Shown here: piece after piece, positions 52,305 through 62,450 of the stretch | Layout: the number at the start of each line of letters is the position of its first letter | Numbering within the stretch: position 1 is the stretch's first letter | The notes under the pieces: model-generated | The model's input: only the letters and a program-made list of their open reading frames with translations | The model's database searches: none | Told to the model about the DNA's origin: nothing | Assembly: GCA_051294905.1 (NCBI GenBank) | Contig: CM119384.1 | Span: forward strand, 15,748,001-15,812,000 | Length of the DNA: 64,000 nucleotides | Reading direction: 5' to 3' | Source: Botryllus schlosseri | Lineage: Eukaryota | Program-made: the position numbers and the translations under genes

Positions 52305-52325
52305 TTGTTTCTTTCTCATTTTAAG
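52305..52325 (+). other. Candidate 3' splice (or trans-splice) acceptor in the Sestrin leader
   Basis: ttgtttctttctcattttaAG, with a ctgat branch-like motif near 52284. Possible donor C|GTAAAT near 52228. Confidence 0.35.
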
Positions 52326-52583
52326 CACTGAAACCAGCGGCGCGTGGCAGGAAAAGTACAGCTGGGCTTCCGCTCGTTTGCCTTCCTCTCTTCTTTTCTC
52401 TTCCAGTGTTACTGTCGGTCAACAAATTCGCTGGCTCTGCCTGCAAACATGTTATTCGACAAAGGAAATGGCGGCGTGCGGCCGACAGCGGGCATGCAGC
52501 GTACTTGTAATATAACATATACTCTTTATTGATTGCCAGATATTGCTAGCCGGGTGTACTTCAATAATAGAACTACTGTATAA

Positions 52584-54422
52584 ATGTCGTGTGTCACGTT
52601 CTGCAATACGGTCGGGAGTGACATATCACGTACCGTCATGATGCCTGCCGGCGTAGCGGAAGATGATGAAATATCTGACGTCGGCGCGTCATCTTTTCTA
52701 CCGACGTACGAAGACACCCAAAGACAATTCATTCTGCTAACCAGCACCGATCGAGCGACACGAGAAACCGCTTTGGATACTCTACGAGAGGATATTTGGA
52801 GTTTGGTCGAGTTTTTGAAACAAAAGAATGGAATAAGCCTTGAAAACGCCAACGCTTCAAACGGCCAACAAAAATCATGTGTCTTAACGGCAAGCAACTC
52901 GCGAAACCCAAGCGGCGACCTCGGTACATTCGGGACTCCGAAGCAAGTATTGAATCATCTATTAGGATCATTTTTGAGACTCAGCATGTGGTGTCCATAC
53001 GAGGACGTGCGGTTGGGGTGTAAAGAAACTCTGATGTATTTGAAACAGAGCGGTATTAACGTGCCAAAAGCTTTGGTGAAAGAGCCAAGCTCTTTTATTC
53101 CGCATAGCCATATTCCACCTGTCGATACGGATGACGAAGAAATATCCTCCTTATATGTCGAGAGTTACGCACAGACTTGCAGACTTGAACATATGGTTTT
53201 AGTAATGGGCATGCATCCTCAGTATTTGAAGGAATTTCTTGCCGTGAACATGCATCTTCTCAAAAGCGACGGTGCCTTGCCTTACTGCTACAGAAGCTAC
53301 ATTGGTATTCTTGCCGCCGCCCGGCATAAATGCAAATATTTAGTGCGCTTGATGGAAACGGACTTTGTGGTAGCTGGAGGCGACCCGCAATGGCTGTGTG
53401 GTATCAAACATGCCTGTCCCAAATTAAGAGCGCTGTCGGACTTGAATAAGTTACTTGCCCATCGACCGTGGCTTGTCAACGAAACACATATCGAAAGACT
53501 CTGCAAAGGAGGGAATGGCTGGCAATGGTCTCAATCCGAACTTGTGCAAGCCATTATTCTGCTCTGTCATTTTCATAGTTTGTCCATATTTTGCCACGGC
53601 ACAGGCGTCAACCTTGAATTGGACCATGTGAAGTCCAATTTCTACGATTGTGCAATAAGCCCAAATGGCAACCGATCGCCTCCGAGTTTCGATTTCGACG
53701 GTGATAATTCTTCAAACGATGGTAATGAACAAGGAAACGACAACGATATTGAGGCCTTGATGCAAAAGATGCGACAAATCGATGAGAACGACTCTGAAAT
53801 CATGACCAAAGAAGAATTATCCCGACTGTTTGAGTCACAGAAACTAGAAGCATACAGCCACAATCTTGGCGAAAATATGTATGACAACAACAAAACTGAT
53901 AAGTCATACTGTCTAAAATACATTGACGATGCCGAGTTTAGTTACGAAGAGTTTGCAAAACGCAGTGACAGTAACGAAATCCCCACATTCAAAGCAATGG
54001 ACTTCAACTGGCAGGATCATGCGTATTCATTGGTGAATACGTATTACCATCCTGTCGGTGACATGCTCGACTCGAAATTCCATACCGCTTACAATATGAC
54101 TTATAATACTCTTGCCACCAAGGAGCACGTTGACACCTCCAAACTGCGCCGCGCCATCTGGATGTACATACATTGCACTTGCGGAATCATGTTTGACGAT
54201 TACAATTATGGTGAAGTTAACGAGCTATTAGAAAGATCATTGAAAAATTTTATTAAAACCGCATCATGTTACCCAGAATGTACAACTAAGCAAATCTATG
54301 ATGAATTTTGGAGGCACTTTCGCCATTCCGAGAAAGTACACGTGAATATCGTTTTGTTAGAGGGACGGTTTCAGGTTGAGTTATTATATGCCCTGCGTGC
54401 GGTAACTGAATATATAAAATGA
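52584..54422 (+). CDS. SESN: Sestrin (PA26 family), 612 aa, single uninterrupted ORF with SESN1-long-isoform-like N-terminus
   Basis: Motifs TRETAL, LRLSxxCPYEDVR, PSSFIP, YIGILAAARHKCKYL, LAHRPWL, WSQSEL, YNTL, DTSKLRRAIW, FDDYNYGEVN, FWRHFRHSEKVHVN, LLYALRAV. An in-frame TAA lies immediately before the ATG. An alternative start is possible at ATGATG near 52638. Confidence 0.97.
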   Translation: MSCVTFCNTVGSDISRTVMMPAGVAEDDEISDVGASSFLPTYEDTQRQFILLTSTDRATRETALDTLREDIWSLVEFLKQKNGISLENANASNGQQKSCVLTASNSRNPSGDLGTFGTPKQVLNHLLGSFLRLSMWCPYEDVRLGCKETLMYLKQSGINVPKALVKEPSSFIPHSHIPPVDTDDEEISSLYVESYAQTCRLEHMVLVMGMHPQYLKEFLAVNMHLLKSDGALPYCYRSYIGILAAARHKCKYLVRLMETDFVVAGGDPQWLCGIKHACPKLRALSDLNKLLAHRPWLVNETHIERLCKGGNGWQWSQSELVQAIILLCHFHSLSIFCHGTGVNLELDHVKSNFYDCAISPNGNRSPPSFDFDGDNSSNDGNEQGNDNDIEALMQKMRQIDENDSEIMTKEELSRLFESQKLEAYSHNLGENMYDNNKTDKSYCLKYIDDAEFSYEEFAKRSDSNEIPTFKAMDFNWQDHAYSLVNTYYHPVGDMLDSKFHTAYNMTYNTLATKEHVDTSKLRRAIWMYIHCTCGIMFDDYNYGEVNELLERSLKNFIKTASCYPECTTKQIYDEFWRHFRHSEKVHVNIVLLEGRFQVELLYALRAVTEYIK

Positions 54423-54779
54423 ATTGTTTTACTATGTTTAGCGAATACCCTATTTATCGGCATCAAAATGCTAAATTCTTGACATTTTAACACTGTTCTC
54501 GTTTATCTTTGGTATACCTGTCTAGGAAATGTCAGCCCAAAGAGCTGCTGATACCTGTTGTTTTCCGAAATATTATTGAGGTTTCCAGTGCTGAGTGTTT
54601 TAGGCAAGATTTTGTCATGAATCCAGGAGTCGGGCAGTGTCTAGTTTTTCTACTGCTGTTACTCATCGTTTGCTTGGCGAAACCACTTTGTAATACTTGT
54701 ATACTTAATTGTACTGTGATTTGTGTACTCTGGCATTGCCTTTCAAGCAATGAAACTCTCTAGTTTTCTTATTCTCGAT

Positions 54780-54785
54780 AATAAA
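54780..54785 (+). terminator. Putative Sestrin polyadenylation signal AATAAA
   Basis: Canonical hexamer about 360 nt after the stop, followed by GT/T-rich sequence. Confidence 0.45.
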
Positions 54786-54913
54786 CCTGCTACAAAACCG
54801 AACACCTTTTGTAAAGTACGTGTTGTTTATATCCCAGGAATCGATTTAGTTGGCTGGCAAATCCGCGCAAAACGCTCGTAATTAGACAATGAATTATGCA
54901 GCTCCGTTGTAGG

Positions 54914-55317
54914 CAGTGGTGGCTTTTGTGGTGGGCGGTCGAAGGGGGCCCCCCCTATTCGGGTTATGCGCTTTTTTTAAGGATAATAACGAATAAACAT
55001 GGAAATCCGTGTACCAAGCAAGAATATGATTTCGTTGGGATGTGTCCATCATCATCAAATCTCTGCATTAGTTAAAAAAGTCCCGTATCCCGATGATCAT
55101 CACGTCTCTGCATGCGGTAGAATTACTTAGTCTTGATGCAATCTATCCTTGGACACATACAATAATAGACATAGCCGAATCCAGCAGCTAAACCTTACCG
55201 CGGGAAAAGGGGGGTCTGGGGGGCGGAAGTTACGGTTAGATACTTATAGGGCCCCCCCCCGGTAAGTCTCGCCCAGCCCCCCCCCCCCCCCCCCCCCCGT
55301 TCGTAAGGCCACCACTG
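54914..55317. mobile_element. hAT (Tip100-like) MITE with a 22-nt poly-C tract
   Basis: TIR CAGTGGTGGC / GCCACCACTG; perfect TSD gttgtagg. Confidence 0.9.
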
Positions 55318-56210
55318 GTTGTAGGTCAGTCTTAACTAGAACGAATGGCGATAGAGTTCACGTGGCTTGACAAAGAACTAGCCATTTCTGAAGGTGTGGT
55401 ATCAAAACAGCCATTGGAGTTCGGAGGACATACGCTATCATCCTTGTGATTTTACTGTCACTGTAAAGTTGGATTGGCATTGTATATAACACGCAAGTGC
55501 GTTCGCCGTGACGCCAGATTGCACTACTGTTTAACTGAAATTGAGTCGTTTTGTTGTCGCAATGCGAAACAATGTCAACGAACCGCGCATTTCTAGAAGG
55601 TACATATTGATAAATGCGAACAGCGTTATCCGGCGCCTATAAGTCTCGGGGATCGAAGAATTCAATTTTATTGCGACTGCAGTTACGCCAGTCGGCCGGC
55701 TGCCGGAAGCTTTGCGAGCAGCCGTACAAGCAGACACTTGTCAGGGATTGCCGCACAGCAAAGCATAGAAAGTGCGGAGCGCTCAAATTACTTCACGCTT
55801 CCTTTCTCTCGATAGCTGTCGCAAAATTCGCTCTTGTTGGTAGTTCCATGGCTTTTGCCACGTCTTTGTGGAGTTATACGCACAGTACAAGCTCAATTGA
55901 GCAACGAATAGGGGAGAAACTTGCACCGTGACTCACCTCCGATGAGAATCATGATGACAATGTCGACATCACACAGGTAGCAAAGGTACCACGGGTGCGT
56001 GGTACATTCGACAGTATTTGATGTCAACAATCAAACCTTACTCGAAACCGCATTTCATGTTGACGAAATCTCTCCGGACTCCGGAGTGGATACATGTTTG
56101 CTGCATATCTTTTGAACTTCGACGAATGCGTTACTTTTCAATTCATGGTATGTATGATGAAACAGAACATAGGATGATTACGATGCGTTCTCAAGAAGGG
56201 ATATGGGCAT

Positions 56211-56290
56211 CATTGGGCATGGCTATGAGTTATGACCAATAAAGATGGCATTGGGCATGGCTATGAGGCTATGAGCTTATGACCAATAAA
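56211..56290. repeat. Short tandem duplication with an internal expansion
   Basis: cattgggcatggctatgag...ttatgaccaataaa occurs twice. Confidence 0.85.
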
Positions 56291-58047
56291 TATGCTCGGC
56301 CTATATTGAGTCTGTTCCATTATAGAACTTTTGGCTGGCAAGTAGGCCTATGTAATTGGTAAGTGTAGACACTTCCGCTAGGATCACGTGGTCTTATATC
56401 ATTTTCATTTCAAATATCGCAAGATGACCGATTGCCCAACTGTCATGGGCAATGAGCGTTGATAATAATTGATCATGATATTGATTTGCTAGTTAGCCAA
56501 TCTATTCGTTCACGTTACCATTCACGCCCGAATTCGAACCACCGGCATATTATCTTGCGTTGTATATACCCAGCCTTTACGTGTTTGAATTATACTTACA
56601 TTTCCCTGTCACATCGTCTTAGTACTTCATCGATACAGACGTAATAATTTCGCCAAGAGGATTTTGGTTACGTCCTATATCAGCTGTTACCACACTTCAT
56701 TCGTATTGTCTACCGACTCACATGAATAGGAGCGCTATCATGTTTCTTTTAGTTAGGAAATTTGCAGAGCCGCTCCAAAGAAGCACTTGTCTCGATAGAC
56801 CCGTGGAGTCGTCGTGGGTCGCAAAGCGAAGTCACGTGTCGGCAATCGTCTTCCCACATCTACCGTTTTGTGGTGTTGATAAAATATACGTCCCGTTATA
56901 GCGCGCGGGCTGTAGGACGTAGGTGTACGTACAAAGTTCTACAGAAAAGACTGGCATGATTCAATAAACATATTTAGGTTTTCAGCGAATCATTAAAACG
57001 AAACATAATTTTTAACCTCAGTTGTAGCCTAATTGATAGTAACGCATCGAACTACCCGTCTCGTACCAAGATTAGAGGAATTTTTGGGATTTCGGGTTCA
57101 GCCGCGTTGTAGTTGAACCATCTCTCAAGTCCTTGGACAATGGACGCTTGGGCAGTGTCGGAATCATATTTGTTCCATCCTATTTTCAGTCTGAGATCTT
57201 GAGTGGAATTTCCGACGGGTTAGGCAGGAAACGGATCTGACAATGAGCGAGATTCGACATGGCAGTCGGATACGGATTAGGCTACCCTCTTTGCGGCGGA
57301 AGTCTGAATATTCCTCTGGGCATGGCTTTTTAGCGCCCCCTACCAACAAAAATGATGAAATACGAAAAGTCTATAGACACTTAGACCAGTGGTTCTCAAC
57401 CGCCAGTCCGTGACGACTTTTCTGCCGGTTCACGAGGTATATTAGGATTTTATACCTTAATTTAAAGGTGCAAGAGGATGAAGGCTTGTCCATTGGTAAA
57501 ATAAATAAAACGCCAACTTTTAAACTGATGCAGAACTTCGTGAGGTAAGATTAGACCCGGAAACGTGTCAGATTTGACTTAAAGTTCAAGCTGTCTCCGG
57601 TGACGATTCGATTCAATAATTTAGTGGATGGCCAGGTATCGCTGTTGCCTGGTGTTTTCGTGCACCTCATTAAACTCGTAGTAGGCTACGTCTGGTAATA
57701 GTGGGGAATGAGCCAGATAGCTCGACAAGGTGCTTGGTCCTACTCCAAAGCGCTTCATTTCTAGATATTGTCGAAGAGAAGAATATTATGTGAGTTGGCG
57801 CGTAAGTTAATCCACGGCCTCGATCGGCACGGAATTAGCCTATGTCTCTCTGGGCAAGTCGATTTTACCTCGACTCAGCACAAACTACCTTAAAATCACA
57901 TGAATACGACCATAAACATATTTAATTACGAACAAAGCCATCAGAATGTCACTCTCTAGTACAGGGGTGACCTCTCTACGGCCGAAGAACGAAATTTTTG
58001 CGGCCGTTATTTAATTAGTAAGTGTTGTCGGCAGTCGACATGTAAAT

Positions 58048-58436
58048 TAGGGTTACGATACGTCCTCTCTTCTAAGAGGATTTGTCCTCTTTTTTGAAAG
58101 TGTCCTCGAAGGACGCCGTTTTGTCCACTTTTTTGAGGATTTTGGTTCATATTAATAGCGAAATTCGAGTGACATGCCGTAAATCAGCACCGAAATGAGG
58201 CCCCGGCGGGTATTTCTGGAGCTGATTGGAAAGTTGACCTTTTTTAGCCAACCACCTGATAATGTGAAGGAAAAAACTATTTTTGGGGCTGAGCGAGAAA
58301 GCTGACCTATTTTTAATCAACCTACCACAAAGAGGAAAGATTTACCATTTTTTGAGAATTGTCTTCCGGTTTTGCAAGTCTGAAAATTCTGAAAAAATGT
58401 CCTCTTTTCAGATTTCCAAAATATGGTAACCCCCTA
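58048..58436. mobile_element. hAT-Blackjack-like MITE nested in A
   Basis: TIR TAGGGTTAC.ATA / TATGGTAACCCCCTA; GTCC subterminal motifs; perfect TSD atgtaaat. Confidence 0.88.
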
Positions 58437-58910
58437 ATGTAAATTGAATTCACGAATTGACTCCAGAGTTTGTGATATATTTTATTTAATCTTGAAATTT
58501 TCTTCGCGCCATGCGCGATTCAATGCGACTTCATTTTACCATTTTACCATGGTCGTAGCGTCCTTTGCAATTTGAGCCTCACAGTACAGATGTGAACAGC
58601 GGAGGAAATTGATGCACCAAATATAGAAATACCAACTTGGAATCGTGCGCTCCTCACTAATGAAATTTGTTTCTGGTACGTTTGGGAGATTCCAATATCT
58701 CTCGACTGTACCGACAATCCTGATGGGAGGTCAAGAAATAACAACACGCAGTGACTATTAAGTGACGATTCATAACAATTGGCCTACCCGAAGATGCCTC
58801 GATCATCATTTATGTCTTGCCGTAACTTTTTGAAAACACTCCCTCCACCAACTCTGCCGACGAATCTAATCGCATTAGCTGAGAACAGATGAATATTTGA
58901 TAGTGATATG

Positions 58911-59093
58911 CAATGTTCCCTCTAATTTTTCACGAGTCTGCGCGCACTCACCAACTCATTGCGCGGTCCCTTGAACAACAGTGCGTAACGACTAAAAAAG
59001 GCCATCCCTTCGGATTTTTTGTGCGCAGCTTAGATTTTCTGTGCGCAGAGACCGTGTCAGCATTGCGCACGTGCGCAGCTTATAGGAACATTG
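58911..59093. mobile_element. CAATGTTCCCTCTAA hAT MITE nested in A
   Basis: Perfect TSD gtgatatg; homologous to 18007-18199. Confidence 0.9.
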
Positions 59094-59416
59094 GTGATAT
59101 GTGAGACTACGTATATCAATGACGAAATTCATTCGTGAATCGGAGAAAATGCTCGCGCTTCGTGCGACCATAACAGATCCTAGTACTTACTTATAATATG
59201 ACCAGTGACCACTATCTAGCCATTTCGGTGCGTATAGCAATATGATATGAAAAAGTAGAATAGTCCGTGGTTCACCGGAAATGAACAGTTTAGCATGGGT
59301 ATTTTGCGTCTAGTTAGCTCATTACGACTATGTCCTCGAATGCGGCCGTAGGCCATATGAGTAATCGAAATGCGGCCGTGAATATAGCAAAACGATTGGC
59401 CACCCTTGCTCTAGTA

Positions 59417-60750
59417 CAGTGGTTCCCAACCTTTTTCCACCCACGTACCATTTTGAGGTTTTATGCAGTGCTCGCGTACCACCTATAAAGTTACTCGCGT
59501 TTCCACCACTTATGACGTCATATTCACGTATTTGACCTATGCGAGGTGTGTTAACACACTCTATTGAACTAGGCCAAGGATGTCAAATATACGCCCCGCC
59601 AGACGATTTTATCCTGCCCGCATAGCAATTCTGAGTACATTGAAAAAAGATTATATTATCCATCACATCCACAGTAATAAACCAAATTACAACGTCCGCG
59701 TTGACAGTTAAATATTTTGTATTCATCACAACGCATACGCAGGGCTAACGCCAGATTATGACTAAAGCAGCCGGGTAACTAACCTTTTTGCCATTCACGG
59801 CCGCATTTCGACTACTCGTGTAACCTACGTCCGCATTTCGGGGCATAGTCGTAATGAACGAGCTGCTGGATGCCAAATACCCAGGTTAAAGTGTTTATGT
59901 CCATTTCTGGTGAACTGCGGACTAATGTATTTAATGATCGGCTTACTATGCGCACCAAAATCGCGAGTGGTCACTGGTAATGTTAAGGAAGGAAGTTCGC
60001 ATAGTCGCGCGAAGCGCGAAAAAATTCAGATTCCCCAATGGATTTCGTCATTTATATTAGTAGTTTATTTACATATTACCCTCAAACATTTATCCTTTCT
60101 CATCCCGTGTGATCAGATTCACTGGCATAGAGTTGATGTAAGGGTGTTTACGAAAATTTAAAGCAAGTTATAAATTATGATTCATCTTCGGGTGAACCAA
60201 TTGGTATTAGTCACTTTGTAGCGTGCTGTTATTTCTTGACCTCCCATCAGGATTTTTAGTATAGTGACGAGCACACGATTCCGAGCTGATATTTCCATGT
60301 AAGTCGCATCATTTTCCACTGATGTTCGCATCTGTATTGTGGGGCTCTGATTGCAAAGGGTGCTACTATATTAAAATCGAAAAATGTAATCGCATTGAAT
60401 CGCGCGCAGCCCAAAGAAAATTCCAAGATTAATCAAAATCTTCCAAGAAATGGGAGTCAATTCGTGAATTCGAGTTGCAAGTCGACGACCACCAACACAT
60501 ACTAATTGAATTGCGTGTCTACGGCCTCACAAATTCCCTCTTACGGCCGCAGGTTGGCCACCCCTGGACTGAAGCAAAGGGAACACTTAAATATGTTTAC
60601 TTGTATCGCCGGTAATGCCATTGTTTTCGCGGTTCTTAACCTGAACTAATAACTCCCTTCGATCGAAAAAAGACAGAATCGACTCGCGTACCACCTGGAA
60701 GACCTTCGCGTACCACTAGTGGTACGCGTACCACAGGTTGGGAACCACTG
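59417..60750. mobile_element. hAT-Charlie-like element B abutting A at the same target site
   Basis: TIR CAGTGGTTCCCAACCT / AGGTTGGGAACCACTG; flanks ctctagta / ctcta(ta)gta. Confidence 0.82.
59768..60566 (-). mobile_element. Second copy of family A (A'), inverted, nested in B
   Basis: 60370-60566 and 59785-59870 are reverse-complement homologues of the ends of A; TSD gactaaag / gactgaag (7/8). Confidence 0.82.
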
Positions 60751-60984
60751 CTCTATAGTACCATACGTATAGAAAAACGCATGCATACATTACATTTTGG
60801 GTTGGTTGCAATTTTTTAAGGTCCACCGGTCCTCCAAATATCGTATGAAATTTTACCGGTCCGCGAGGTGAAAAAGGTTGAGAACCACTGACTTGGACAG
60901 TCTTATTCGACCAATCAAATATGTCGCACTCAAAAAAAAAAATGGAGAGAAGGCAATCTGGGATGTATTTTCCAAATGTATCGA

Positions 60985-61130
60985 TATACGCCTGCACGCA
61001 GATATCGAACTTTATATAGTTGTCAGCCGATGCTATGAATGGAATGTGTCGCACACGCCCTAAGTCCTAAAGAAATAGAATGCACTAAAGGCCTGATTTT
61101 GACATAAATCTCCTGACTGAACATGCTCCG
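60985..61130 (+). mobile_element. Internal fragment of the Kolobok-like family of 1-468
   Basis: cacgcaga.atc.aactttatatagtt...ccgatg.tatgaa...gaaatagaat.cacta...tgacataaatctcct. Confidence 0.7.
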
Positions 61131-61151
61131 TTGAACGCGGTATCTATAAAC

Positions 61152-62450
61152 CAGTGGTTCTCTACGACGACATCCCTGCCGGTCCGCCAGATATTTCACA
61201 AATTTTACCGTAACTTCGAGATGCAATGTTGAAGGCTTGTTCATTGATAAAATAAATGAAACATCCAATTTTAAACTGATTCAGAAATTCCTGAGCTAAC
61301 ATTAGGGCTGGAAACATATACGATTTGACTTTAAGTTTAATGCGTGTCATATGACGACATGCGAGCGATAAGTACAGAACAGATAAGAGCGGACTCTTTG
61401 CTAAACAGCGCAGTTTGCGCGACTATATTCGTTTTCGATTCATTCATTTTGTGGAGGACCGTAATTGGGGCACCCTAAACCTCCCAATTGGAGAGGGGCC
61501 GAGCTTAAAAGGGGCTCCAAAATTATTTTACAAATTAACATAAATCATAACGTATTTTTATTCTCCAACATTCCTCAATTTCCTTTCGCGCTTTGCGCGA
61601 TTTAGTGTCACTAGCTGTGTTGCTTATTTGGCGTCCTTCTACTAGAAATAGCCTATACGCATGATTTATATAAATAGGCATTTCTGCATCAGCCATTACT
61701 GCGCCACGACATACCAACACATAATGAAGTTCAGGCTAACATGGGACTCGGAAAGGTGTGCCAATAATTCGGCAGCGAGAAAAGTGATTCAGTCATGAAT
61801 GATCGAAAATCTTCGCTATTGGCGCGATTAAGCTGCATAAACTCTCTGCTTACATTGAATAGAATGAATGTGCTCAAAAGTAGGCTACAGATGAAAACAA
61901 CCACCCAACTGGGGGGTTCGGGGGAGATGCCCCCGGAAGTTTTGCTTAACGCCCTGTGGGGGCCCAATACCACCGTGTTAGGGGTGGGCTATCGAAGTGC
62001 TTTTCGGCCCGGATTTGCGCGTGCCGATATAGCTGCTGTAAGGTGTTTTCGTGCGGCACATTGTATTCGTAGTTGCCAGAGTAGCCTGCGTCTGGTGGTA
62101 GTGGGTAATGAGCAAGGTAGCACGACAAGATGCTGGGTTCGACTCCGAAACGCTTCTTCTGCCGATATTGAGAAAAGAATAGAATATTTGAGTTGGCAGT
62201 GACGGTTAAATCTACGACTTTCGGCGCGAAAGACTGTAAACTATTCTCGGCGGTAGCACGTTAATCTAGACAAGACAATTTTACCTCGACTTTACCTTCT
62301 ACATGTCACTCTCTAGCCCCATATAATTGCAAAAAATCCGTTGCATACTTTAAATTTTGACATCATTCCAATTTTTGAAAGTCCATCGGTCCGCCAGACA
62401 TATTTTGAAATTTTACCGGTCCGCGAGATGAAAAATTTTGAATACCACTG
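61152..62450 (+). mobile_element. Second copy of family C, with additional inserted DNA
   Basis: Starts CAGTGGTTCTC; ends ttttaccggtccgcgag.tgaaaa...accactg; 61170-61340 aligns with 57420-57590; TSD only 5/8. Confidence 0.7.

Larger units (their letters stand above)
57962..59408 (+). mobile_element. hAT element A nested in C
   Basis: Ends CAGGGGTGACC / GGCCACCCTTG; perfect TSD ctctagta (57954-57961, 59409-59416). Confidence 0.85.
57387..60890. mobile_element. Outer hAT-Charlie-like element C (about 700-bp core) hosting nested insertions
   Basis: TIR CAGTGGTTCTCAACC / GGTTGAGAACCACTG; TSD acttagac / acttggac (7/8); core homologous to 61152-62450. Confidence 0.85.

Noticed and set aside
52526-53923. 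Antisense ORFs overlapping Sestrin
   Set aside because: Shadow ORFs of a long coding sequence.
54423-54913. Retrocopy hallmarks around Sestrin
   Set aside because: No genomic poly(A) tract or flanking direct repeat found, so recent retroposition is unsupported.
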